Assembly (NCBI GenBank): GCA_905178155.1
Contig: CAJINV010000030.1
Coordinates: forward strand, 37,059-64,556
DNA from: Amoebophrya sp. A120
Lineage: Eukaryota > Protista > Dinoflagellata
Direction: 5' to 3'
Length of the DNA: 27,498 bases
Translations under genes and position numbers: made by a program
The notes under the pieces: model-generated
Told to the model about the DNA's origin: nothing
What the model saw: only the letters and a program-made list of their open reading frames with translations
The model's database searches: none
Shown: piece by piece, positions 1 through 10,518 of the stretch
Layout of the letters: each line of letters opens with the position of its first letter
Numbering within the stretch: the first letter of the stretch is position 1

Positions 1-97
1 TTCCGGGGGTGCGAGACGGGGGTCTGCCTGGGGTGTGACGGGGGGGGTGTGTCGGGGGTGTGTCGGGGGTGTGTCTGGGGTGTGTCCGGGGTGTGTG
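1..97. repeat. Degenerate G/T-rich simple repeat (GGGGGTGTGTC-like units)
   Basis: Seen: repeated GGGG(G)TGT(G/C) runs at the window edge. Confidence 0.6.
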
Positions 98-263
98 TTG
101 CAAATTGCAAATCACGATGCTACGCAGCCACTTTGCATACCCCAGAACACACCCAAAAGCTTCAAAAGTTCTGGTTTGCTGCAGTTTGAATAGTAATGAT
201 TTCCACTTTGAGGATTTCCAACCTGAGGCTTTCATAGGGAGGGAAGAAGAAGGAGAGACCGGT

Positions 264-601
264 TATGAATGCGTCAGGATTTCGAAATCGACGAAGTTGA
301 AATAAAAATTTGTGATGCATATATAACGGATACCAGTTCTACTTGGAAAGCCAATTATTCTAAGCGGCGCATGACAAACTTCGGTAGCACCTACATCCAG
401 TTTGATGGGTTCATGCTGTTTTGGCACAGAGGACTGCTTTTCTTGTCGTGCCTTTTTAGAAGCTCTATCTCAGACCTGAGATAGGCTTACAAGCATAGCC
501 TCACTTGCCATCCCTGCAAGATTGGCACTTCATACCTTGCATTTTGTGCATGACAAACTATTTATAAGAACTTTGTCGAATTCCGTCCTGACTCTCCCAT
601 A
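264..601. mobile_element. TIR element (introner/MITE-like), 338 bp, 5-bp DR CCGGT
   Basis: Seen: left end tatgaatgcgtcaggatttcgaaatcgacgaagtt versus reverse complement of right end tatgggagagtcaggacggaattcgacaaagtt. CCGGT at 259-263 and 602-606. Internal TGTGATGC (311) and GCATGACA (548). Host gene and strand not determined. Confidence 0.85.
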
Positions 602-1956
602 CCGGTGTTTGCGCCCGTAGAATTCGACGAGTTTTCACCTATGCACTTGCGCTGATCGTGGTCACGGGTGATGTATTATAATATACGTAACACTAACATT
701 TTGTTGTTTTTATTCTCAAGTTCTTTATGCAGTTTCTGTTTCGACATCAACAACATGTGCCACCTGTGCCAACAACTACGCTACTAGATTTCTTGAGTAA
801 ATTATGCTTGGTCCAAGGCATTGGATCAAAAGACTCACCCAAGAGTCTTCTTTCGTGGATGTGGATCGAAGTAGAAGTAGACATGTAATATTTATTGCGA
901 GCTGCTTTTTTTCAATTTCAATATTAAGATGGACGACCAGGGCCACTTTGCAGGTCTACAAAAGCCAAGGTACGTCGCAAGTGGCTTTTTTGGATCTTGA
1001 TGAGATTCTGTTTGCTAGAACAGCTCAGCGTGATTATGGACGGTTCGAGTTATTTCCGCGTTGATATAATACAAATTTGTTTCAACAAGAATCGCCAATT
1101 GCAGTCAATGCGATCATTTAGTCAAGAAGCTGGGTCATAGTTTTGCTGCGGATTCAAGTACAGCGATTTGTAAAAGTTGTAGAATCGGACACAACCCGTC
1201 TAGGGTGCCAGCGCCGAATCCAAAGTGACTTTGTCAATCGACAAATATATACTTATACTAGACATCGATACAGAAGCAAATAAAGAGGCTTAATCTACAA
1301 GGAAGATGCACAGGACTAGCCGAATCGGTTGTGTCGGAAGACAATGTTGGTAGAAGAAGTATTTTTTTGACGAAGCAGTAGGGGATGAGTCAGAGTTCAG
1401 AGATGCAAACGGAAAAGCCGGAGAATGCGATGCCGGATTCAAATGAGAATTTGGCGTGACCGCTTAGATACAAAAAAGGTGGTGGACCACGACCAACACT
1501 GATGTGGGCTGACAAAATAAAATGTAAATGATCAGATGTTTGTGCTGTCTTTCGAATGCGCAATCTTTCTTGTTAATCTCTTCTCGCTACATGGTTTCGC
1601 ACGCTGAAAAAAAATGCAGAAAGAAGAACCGGTTGCGCTGGTAATGGAAGAACTTCACTAATTGATTCCAAGCGTGAACTTCGTCTTCTGTCTTTGAGTT
1701 AGAGCAACGACGTGCTTAGCTCTTGAGATCCCCTTTGAATTCTAGCATCTCCAGTGAAAAGGAATGGGCACCAGAATTGTGGTTTCTTTTTATCGATAAG
1801 CGGCCTCCGAAGCGACTGCGACAAGAATTATTTGCATGTGAACGAGTTAGCGAGTCTTGAACTTGAATTTAGTTTCCCTTGATCGTATTGCATCCGGTCT
1901 TTGCGTGTACTATTCTCATTTTTTGCTCCATCTGCACGAGATACTGGTAACATAAC

Positions 1957-2031
1957 ATGGTCGTCATCGAGCGCTACGAAAAAACAAGCGCCGACCGAGA
2001 AGCGGCCTATCGGGCGGGAACTATATATTGA
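1957..2031 (+). pseudogene. 5' fragment of the Tudor-like/AP2-like gene family (MVVIERYEKTSADREAAYRAGTIY*)
   Basis: Seen: near-identical to the first ~23 codons of 4855 and 6047, then truncated. Upstream 1466-1956 is homologous to 4361-4854. Confidence 0.75.
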
Positions 2032-2100
2032 TTTAGATTAAGTACATGTTCGCAGCAGAAGCATAGTTGTTGTTTTCTGTGGACACAGTTCAAGCTACCA

Positions 2101-2889
2101 ATGTCAAAACTTGCAAGAGGAAAGTGCTGCTTGTTCGCCCTTCTCGTGAACTCGGCGTTCGCAGCAACGGCAGTTGTCGCGTCCGGCCTCCGCCAAGAAG
2201 CATCGTCGCCACACGCAGAAGTAGCCTCCTCGACTATCAATCATGCGAATGGTGGTCATGGTGAGGTGCATCTGCATCGCGTCCGCGGGCACCTAGACCT
2301 CCGACAATTCGCTGAAAACGCTGCGGCGCACAGCAGCCCGCAATCCCAGACGCAGGCAGGGCGACTGGACCGGAACGCACAATCAAGGACGACTGGACCG
2401 GAACGAGAGGCGAAGCACAGCCGCCCGCAATCCCCGACGCGCAGCCGCCCGCAATCCCCGAGTCGCAGCAACATGATGCTGGGACTGTTGCCGATCCACC
2501 CGACGGCGCGGGGCAAAAATGGGGATAACGACTTTGAAAAACAAAGATCCCACATGCCCCGCAACAGGGCGGACCCAGCGCCCTCGTGCTCGTCTGCGAG
2601 TTGTGATTACTTTTATATTTTTGGAAGTGGATCGAGTTCGAGGCGAAACAGCAACGACGACCGTGTAGGGAGTGGCGCGGCATCTTCGTCGGCCTTGCTG
2701 ACGATGAGCAGAACACCTTCCTCGCCTAGGCCTCCTCCTGAAGAGTCGAAACGGAGGCCGCTTCGTAGTATCCTTGTACTGCCAGATGAGCCAGCGTCTC
2801 TATCTCTACTTCCCCCGTTCAAATTACCTGCAGCGTTTGGGCTTGAAGATGACTCTGACTTTCTCGACGGGCCTGGTGCTGGCGGTTGA
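2101..2889 (+). CDS. Predicted secreted Ser/Pro/Arg-rich protein, 262 aa (paralog of 8781-9512)
   Basis: Seen: signal-peptide-like N-terminus (MSKLARGKCCLFALLVNSAFA), RPQSP repeats, C-terminal FLDGPGAGG. Start and stop are conserved with the paralog. Secretion is inference. Confidence 0.7.
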   Translation: MSKLARGKCCLFALLVNSAFAATAVVASGLRQEASSPHAEVASSTINHANGGHGEVHLHRVRGHLDLRQFAENAAAHSSPQSQTQAGRLDRNAQSRTTGPEREAKHSRPQSPTRSRPQSPSRSNMMLGLLPIHPTARGKNGDNDFEKQRSHMPRNRADPAPSCSSASCDYFYIFGSGSSSRRNSNDDRVGSGAASSSALLTMSRTPSSPRPPPEESKRRPLRSILVLPDEPASLSLLPPFKLPAAFGLEDDSDFLDGPGAGG

Positions 2890-4854
2890 GAAAGATTCGC
2901 CAGTGCGAGCACTACATTCCCGTGCGTCGGGACCTAAGGGACTTCTACGACAAGTTAAATTTCTTCGTGGAAAATGACCACTGGGCGGTGTGTTTTATTA
3001 TCTTGTTCTACAAAAATTTCATGTTGATACTTTCACTCTAAGCTGTACATAGCCCAGGGTAATACATTCGCTTTCGAAAACAAAGCTTTTTCAGAAAACC
3101 AGGAATGCAAAGCTTTCAAGCTTCTTTTTATCCAGCCACTATCTTCTCTATCCCGTTGTATAAAGCTTGTCGGTGCCGAATTCTTTTGAAATAAAAGAAA
3201 AGAACGTGTGCAATTTTTGTTTTACCGTACCATGCCAGCCTATAAAAGACAAAGATCTAACTTTACGAAAATAGCATGGCAAATTCACGTACAATCAGCA
3301 CAATATACAAATTCATGATCGCAAATGGGGCACGACAGTAGTATTGTGCTTTTCCCCCGGGCGAACTTGCGGTAGGTGACTCTCTGTGGGAATCACCACG
3401 CCAGAAGCAAGTTCGGCCCCTGATTTGTCTGTAGAGTTCCCAGAGAAGCCAACTCCGGGGCGTGGGGGCCGTGCTGCTGAGATGGGGATTAGAGGCGAGC
3501 TTAGTTGTTTTGGACACCGACGCTATATGTCATTCTTTTCCTAGTCATCAAGATCACCTTTTCACGACGACAAAGGAGTAGCATAAGGACTCGCAAAAGA
3601 CGCAAAATTCATCTTCTAAGTTTCTGGCGTATTTAGGAGCGACCTTTTCTTTGTCACGAACTAAAAATGACAAGTGATCTCGCACACCACCCTGCTCCAG
3701 GCACTATCTTTGGAAGTTTCAACAGTATGTCATCAGCATTATTAAATTGTTACCTTTTTTGTAGGCCTTTACTTTCGCCTTGTCTAGCCACTAGCTTCGT
3801 AGATATACTTGCTACCACCATTGTTCTCTACGCCATGTTTTTTGTAAAGCAAGGCAAGTGAGCCAACTGTGGAGGAGCAGAAAGTTGAAAGTTCTCGAAC
3901 AAATCGGATATTTTCAGACGGAGCAAAGGGATGGTTGGACGGAGAAAACTCTCTTGGAAAAAGGGAGTTTGTTTCGAACATCCGATGCTACGGACAGAAT
4001 TACAATCCGACGCAAACCGAAAAGCCGAAAAATACGATGCAGAGCACGGCAGACGAACCTTTTTTCGCATCAGAAAGGAGAAAGGACTCAAATGAGAACG
4101 TGCCGTGACCGCATAGTGTCTCCGCACTGAATCGTGAAGAAAAATCAATTTCTGTTTTTGTTTTTTGTGATGAGCCAAGAAATGTTTTTTCACGACGAGA
4201 ACAGAGAAAGAGAAAGAAGAATTTCTCATGCGCGAAACGAGTTCGAAATTGAACATTTCGATTTTTCATGAAAAACGCACAGTCTTTTGGGAGTCTATCA
4301 GCGTGAACCTTTGGCGAAGTCTCGGAGTAATTTCTGAGTGTTCGAAGATCCAACATTGGTAGAGATACAAAAAAGGTGGCGGGCCACCATTGTGGGCTGA
4401 CAAAATAAGATGTAAGTGATCAAATGTGCTGTCTTTCGAATGCGCAATCTTTTTTGTATAGTTAGTTTCTTCTAGTTACTTTCGCACACTGAAAAAAAAA
4501 AATGGAGCAAAAAGAACCGGCTGAAAGTACAAATTAACCGATTGATGCCGAGCGTGACGATCTTCGTTTTCTGTGTTTCAATTGTGCTGCAACGTACTTG
4601 GTTCTTGACGAGAAGATCCCCCTTGAATGAATTCGCAACTCCAGTGAAATGGAATGGAAACCTCCATAAGTGTGGTTTTTTGATCGACAAGCGAACTCCG
4701 AAGCGACAAGAGTCATTTTGATATGAACGAATTAGCGGGCCTTTGAGCCCCCCGTGATCGTATTACATCTGGTCTTCGTCTTTCTCCTTTCTACTATACT
4801 TGTGTTATTTCTTAGTTCCTCATTTCCATCCGCACGAGATAAAGAGAAGACATC

Positions 4855-5415
4855 ATGGTCGTCGTCGAACGCTACGAAAAAACGGCCGCCGACCCCGAGG
4901 CCGCCTATCGCGCAGGGACCATAATTCGGGTGAAGTGGCCGCATACAGATGGCACCAAGGGTTGGTACACAGCAATGATCACGGGGGTGTCAGAGCGCAT
5001 TAGTCCGGTCCGGAAACGCAGCACTCCGTCGCACTATCGCTACACGCTGATGTGGGCAGACGGGAGCAGATCGCTGGCCTCTAGGTTGCTGCACCTGAAG
5101 CACAAGATACGATACCAACCACATCAAGACAAGCGCTGCAATCTGCGCGCCTTCGTTCATTGTAGTGATGGGAAAAGACACGAACTGCCTTTGGGTGTCT
5201 CTTACACTCAGCCAACATCTCGCTGCACAGTACACTCCGCTCCCCGATTGAAAGTTGTTTCGCCTACTACTATTTCTCAGATGAGTCGCTGGGCTTCTAT
5301 AACTCTACCACAGTACCCAACGGGAAAAGCCGCAGTGGATGTGGCCAACCGGAAAAGGCTTGGCTTCATACTGGATCACCTGCACAAACAACGCCGCCGC
5401 GGCGACCAGGAATAA
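4855..5415 (+). CDS. Small protein with Tudor/Agenet-like N-terminus and possible AP2-like C-terminus, 186 aa
   Basis: Seen: conserved with 6047-6565. The pattern GTIIRVKW..DG..GWYTAMI...YRYTLMWADG resembles Royal-family Tudor. LPLGVSY...QYPTGKAAVDVANRKR resembles AP2. Domain calls are by eye. Confidence 0.7.
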   Translation: MVVVERYEKTAADPEAAYRAGTIIRVKWPHTDGTKGWYTAMITGVSERISPVRKRSTPSHYRYTLMWADGSRSLASRLLHLKHKIRYQPHQDKRCNLRAFVHCSDGKRHELPLGVSYTQPTSRCTVHSAPRLKVVSPTTISQMSRWASITLPQYPTGKAAVDVANRKRLGFILDHLHKQRRRGDQE

Positions 5416-6046
5416 CCCATCACAGCGGATTTTCGGCTGGACGCTCCGACCTTGAATGCTGCGAAAGGCAGCGGCAAAAAGCGCAAAGGGGCTGGGGCTG
5501 CTCCCGAGGTGAAAAAGCCAACAGCCTCGTCTGGAAACGAGCCGGGCGATGCTCTGGTCGTGGACATGGTCAACAGAATCCAGAAAGAGTTGTGAAGAGA
5601 CCTACTGCTACTTCGACGGTTCAATCCAATTCGAAGGTTTGTGCAAAAATGTTGACAAAAGCGAAAAACCAAGTTGCCTCGTGGCCTGTAGTAATTGCGT
5701 CGAGCCGCGTCTCCATTTGTGTCCAAAAGAGAAATTTTTTCTGTGCTGGTACTGCGTATTTTGCTTCAAATAGTTTCATCAGTTAGCGTTGCCAAGCCAA
5801 CATGGACCGCACCATGCGAAATAAACCGACATCAGCACATACTTCAGACTGGCACGAAAACTTCCCACTAGACTAGCAGCTAGAGGGCGGAAGAAAGGAA
5901 TCTACGAGGTGTGGTTTTGCACGGCTGATGTGTTAGACTTAGAGCTTAGCTTTCGCCGAATCGGTCTGACCCTCGTAAGGTGCCGCTTGTTTTGTACATA
6001 TCAGTCTAGTACCCAGAGTCATACACATCGTCTTCAACGGTTCATA

Positions 6047-6565
6047 ATGGTCGTCATCGAGCGCTACGAAAAAACGGCCGCCGACCCGGAAGCGGCCTAT
6101 CGGGCGGGAACTTTGATCAGGGTGAAGTGGCCGCATGTCGATGGAGCAAGTGCCTGGTATACAGCAATGATCACGGCAGTCTCGGAGCGCATAGCTCCCG
6201 TCCGAGAACGCAGCACTCCGTCGCACTATCGCTACACGCTTATGTTTGCCGATGAAAGCAGGTCGCAAAGTTCCAGGCTGTTGCATCTCCAGCACGAAAC
6301 CCTCTTCAAGCCAAGAGCACAGCTCGGCCGCCCTCGTTCCTTCGTCCATTGTGACAACGGCAAAAGATACGAACTGCCTGTCGGTGTTTACTACAGCGCG
6401 AAGCAGCCCAGATTGCGCGTTGCAATGATTGCGACTCCTCGCAATTTCAACCTAAGTCTGGGCCAATACCGCTCTGGCAGACTCGCGGTTGAGGCAGCAA
6501 ACCGGAAAAGGCTCGGAGTTATACTGGACCACCTGCACCGGCAGCACGAGGGCCGCGAGGACTGA
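6047..6565 (+). CDS. Tandem paralog of 4855-5415 (Tudor-like + AP2-like), 172 aa
   Basis: Seen: ATG at 6047 (MVVIERYEKTAADPEAAYRAGT) aligns with the paralog start. The ORF-track start at 5909 is a GTG extension. The stop is at the equivalent position. Confidence 0.72.
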   Translation: MVVIERYEKTAADPEAAYRAGTLIRVKWPHVDGASAWYTAMITAVSERIAPVRERSTPSHYRYTLMFADESRSQSSRLLHLQHETLFKPRAQLGRPRSFVHCDNGKRYELPVGVYYSAKQPRLRVAMIATPRNFNLSLGQYRSGRLAVEAANRKRLGVILDHLHRQHEGRED

Positions 6566-8780
6566 AGGCACCTTCAGACTTAGAGTTGCGCTCGCTCTAA
6601 GAACTACATACAGGCCGAAGAAAATCTCCTTCGTTTCATCGATTGATGAGCAACACATAGCAAGAAGTCCAGCGACGTGGCTGTGAGAGAAATCAAAGGA
6701 CAGCAAAGCGATGTGGAAACAAAATGCAATGAACGTTTTTTACATGATTATTGGTTGCTTTATTGAAATCGAATGGACCGTCCCGCACAGTGTTTTGAGC
6801 CACCAGCTTGATCCAAATTCATATACCACTACTTCCACGACGACGGTTGTGTATCTGCGGACATATGAATTTCCCCAGCTTGAAGTACTTGCTGGGAGCC
6901 AAGATTCAGCGTAGACGCTGAGTTTTGTGGTATGTCTGAAAAGTATTGGAAGAATTAGGAGCATTAGAACAAGTAGGAGTATCCATATCACACGAATACG
7001 CGTGTTAACAAACAGCACATTGACATTCGTGAACTACAGATAAAGAATCACAGTCGCGACCCGCTAGGTTTGCTCTCCGATTGAAATTTCATTGCGCACG
7101 ACGGAAAAAAAAAGGATCATTTCTCCGTAGTGTATTGTCGACTTTCAAACTTGCGACGTTTTTGATCACGCGGTGCTATGTGCAAGGATCCCGGCTACCT
7201 ATGTGTCAGCGTACGGGGGGCAAATTTTTTATGATAGATCAGTATGCATCGATCAGGGAAGCTCTAGTCCTGTGTCGAAGCATTTCACAAAAGTCCTAGA
7301 GTGTGTAAAGGATTCGTAATGGTTGAGTACGAACTGCCTCTCCAAGCGTTACAAACCCACTGATCGATCCGCTCCAAATTTTATTGATCTCTTTTTCCGA
7401 TCCTTTGAAAATGTATAATTTCCTTTGGTGTTTGTCAGTATTAAATGTTGTTCCATCAAATGGGTCTTAATCTCGTGAGCCTTTTTTGTGCAATTTTGTT
7501 CAACACAAAAAAACAGTTGGTCCATGTCGAATCTGTTTCTGTCAAGAAAAAATGAAAAAACAACATGACAAAGAACGATCTCGATAACCGATATGATTTT
7601 CGAATAGGTCTTAAAGATCTTCGTGTATAGTATAGGTGAGATCAGAATCGCAAATGAGGATCGATCCGCATTCCGCCCGCTATGATGCAAATCACTGGTA
7701 AGGCACATGATCTGGAATGACATGATCTATAGACAGCATTGCCCTGGTTCGGCGCACATTCACCGGATGGCGACGATTTGGCCCAAGATAAAAAACCATT
7801 TCCACAAAGGGTTTAGCTTGGGCCAAGCGTGTGGCTATTGGGCCGCCAATTGGCTTCTTCAGCGTCGCGCACTACAGAATCGCGCTCTGTATATTTTCGC
7901 ACTTGCCACCGAATCACCAAGGGACTGAATCGATCGGGCAGCTTTAGTTACAAGTAGTAGCTTCGACCTAGAGCTAGGCTATTTGGGTAAAAATAAAACG
8001 GGGGCGGAAGTAGCACTAAAGCGTGGCAACAAGTGACCCGCTGACTCGCGCCCTTGAGTTAACCGGCCGGCCGGCCGGGCAGTCATTTAACTCGCGGCTT
8101 GAACGGTAGAGAATTCCTGGTTAAGTGCAAACAGCTCCAGTGGTGCTCGCTCTCTCGTTGTTATTGGCCGGCCGGCCGAACGCTTAGCGTGCGGGCGCGA
8201 GTTAGCAGTTGATGTTACCCCGCTCTTACAAATCGGCAACGAAGTAAAAACTGAAGTTGTTTGGTGAGTGGAACGCGCACATTTTGGGAAGAAAAACGCA
8301 TGAATTGCGAGCCCCCGCCGAACTGTGGGCCTTTTGGAAAGAATTGCGGTGCTCTAACCTATCCATTTCGGAACTAGATTCTTCGAGCGGTGCTTCTCTT
8401 TCAATCAAAACCCAGGGCAGTCTTGAGAATATTGTCACCTACTTCGGGCATCTCGCCTCTTTGTGGAATAGTTACGTATGACAAGCAACGACCCGCATTC
8501 ACAAACGATTTTTCTATAGCCCTGGTATCGAATAGAAAGCCTCACCCTGTGCAGCCACGGTATTATTCCGTAATAGTTGGCCCCGGCTGCTCCCGTGTTG
8601 TAAAACGTCCTCTGCCACGGTCGCTTGCAGAAGCGTCGTGTGAATAGCGACTGGGCCAGTATATTTTCACTTTCGCCTTCACCTTCAAGCGTAGCTACCT
8701 AAATATTGATTTGGATTACATGTGTGCAGCATATGCAGAACCATAGTTGTTGTTTTCTGTGGACACAGTTCAAGCTACCA

Positions 8781-9512
8781 ATGTCGAAACTTGCAGGAGG
8801 AAAGTGCTGCTTGTTCGCCCTTCTCGTGAACTCGGCGCTCGCAGTAAAAGTAATGTCAGTTGTCTCGCCATTCGGCCTCCGCGAAGAAGCATCGTCGCCA
8901 CACGCAGAACAAGTAGCCTCCGCGACTATAAATCATGCGAATGGTGGTCGCGATGGGCCGCGTCTGCATCGCGTCCGCCGGCATGTAGACCTCCGACAAT
9001 TCGCGGAAGACGCTGCGACACACAGAAGCCCACAATCCCCGAGCCCGCAATCCCCGACGCAGACAGGACGACTGGACCGGAACGCACAATCAAGGACGAC
9101 TCGACCGGAACGATTGGCGACGTACAGCTGCCCGCAACCCCCGACACACAGCCGCCCGCAATCCCCGACGCACAGCCGCCCGCAATCCCCGAGTCGCAGC
9201 ATTGTGCTGGGATCGTTGCCGACCTACTCGATGGCGCGGGACAACAATGTGGATCATTTTTATATTGCATCGAGTTCGAGGCGAAACGGCAACGGCGATC
9301 ATGTAGGGAGCGGCGCGACATCTTTGTCGGCCTTGCTGCCAAGGAGCAGAACGCCTTACCTGCTTAGGTCTCCTTCGGATATGTCGGATGATCGTCCAGC
9401 ATCTTTATCTTTACTTTCCCCGTTCAGATTACCTCCATCGTTGTGGGATGAAGATGAATCTGGGTCAGACTATGAATCTAACTTTCTCGACGGGCCTGGT
9501 GCTGGCGGTTGA
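8781..9512 (+). CDS. Predicted secreted Ser/Pro/Arg-rich protein, 243 aa (paralog of 2101-2889)
   Basis: Seen: ATG at 8781 (MSKLAGGKCCLFALLVNSALA), 24-bp HSRPQSPT repeats, same C-terminus FLDGPGAGG. 5' and 3' flanks are also duplicated. Confidence 0.7.
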   Translation: MSKLAGGKCCLFALLVNSALAVKVMSVVSPFGLREEASSPHAEQVASATINHANGGRDGPRLHRVRRHVDLRQFAEDAATHRSPQSPSPQSPTQTGRLDRNAQSRTTRPERLATYSCPQPPTHSRPQSPTHSRPQSPSRSIVLGSLPTYSMARDNNVDHFYIASSSRRNGNGDHVGSGATSLSALLPRSRTPYLLRSPSDMSDDRPASLSLLSPFRLPPSLWDEDESGSDYESNFLDGPGAGG

Positions 9513-10518
9513 GAAAGATTCGCCAGTACGAGCACTACATTCCCGTGTGTCGGAACCTAAAGGACTTGCGCGACAAGTTAAATTTCATCGTGGAAAATCA
9601 AAATGACCACCGGGCGGTGTGCTGTTTCATTATCTTCTACAAAAATTTCATTTGGATACTTTCACTATATTGAAAACTAAAATCCCCAAGGGAAGTTTGA
9701 AAATGAGCACTGTAGCATAGCGAACTGAGAATATTTTTGGACTGATACTCCTAGCGCACTGATGCTTTCACTGTAAGCTGTACATAGCCCAGGGTAATAA
9801 TAATTTCGCTTTCGAAAACATAAGCAAAGCTTTTTCAGAAAACCAGAAATACCTAGCTTTCAAGCTTCTACTTATCCAGGTCCAGCCACTATCTCTATCC
9901 CGTTGCACGAAGCTTGTTGATGCCAAGTTGCAAATTGTTCTTTTCGGATATATAAAAACAAGATCACCAAGGTGTGAACCTGTTCGAGCACACTCACGAC
10001 CTTTAGCTTTCATACGCACTGCCTTTCAACAGCTTCTTTTGACGTGCCGGAGTGTGTGGTGTTGCGCACGCCTCTCGGCTACCGATCGACAGTGGTAACA
10101 CTGAAAAGATCATACTTCACTGATAAAAACTAGCCGTCGTTTTTTTGAACTTGAATTTGACGAATCGCTACATAATTCTTTGTGTCGTTAACTTTCACGT
10201 TCCGTTCTGTCATTCCCAGCGATAAAAGAGTGTCAGAACGAAATGATGAAGTAGGGCAATGAAAAAACGATCACGAGTGGAGACAACTTCGACTGATCTT
10301 CATCACCTTCTGTAGCTTAATAGAGCTACTAGCTTTACTACCCCATCTGTTGGAAAATCTATCGTTGCTCACTGACTCATATTTTATCCTGCCCACTTGA
10401 TTTTGATATGTGCAAAAATTCTGGTCATCTTGTCGTAACTTTATCTTTTTTTTCTCACGACCTGTCAAAAGTAAAACTCATGCTAATTCTTGTTTAGAAG
10501 AAGCCCCGGCGCATCAAC

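Noticed and set aside
1-97. Telomere
   Set aside because: The units are irregular and G-rich on the + strand at the left edge, the wrong polarity for a left chromosome end.
7051-8653. CAGTCGC...GCGACTG as ends of a 1.6-kb transposon
   Set aside because: The inverted match is only ~7 bp and there is no direct repeat, which is compatible with chance.
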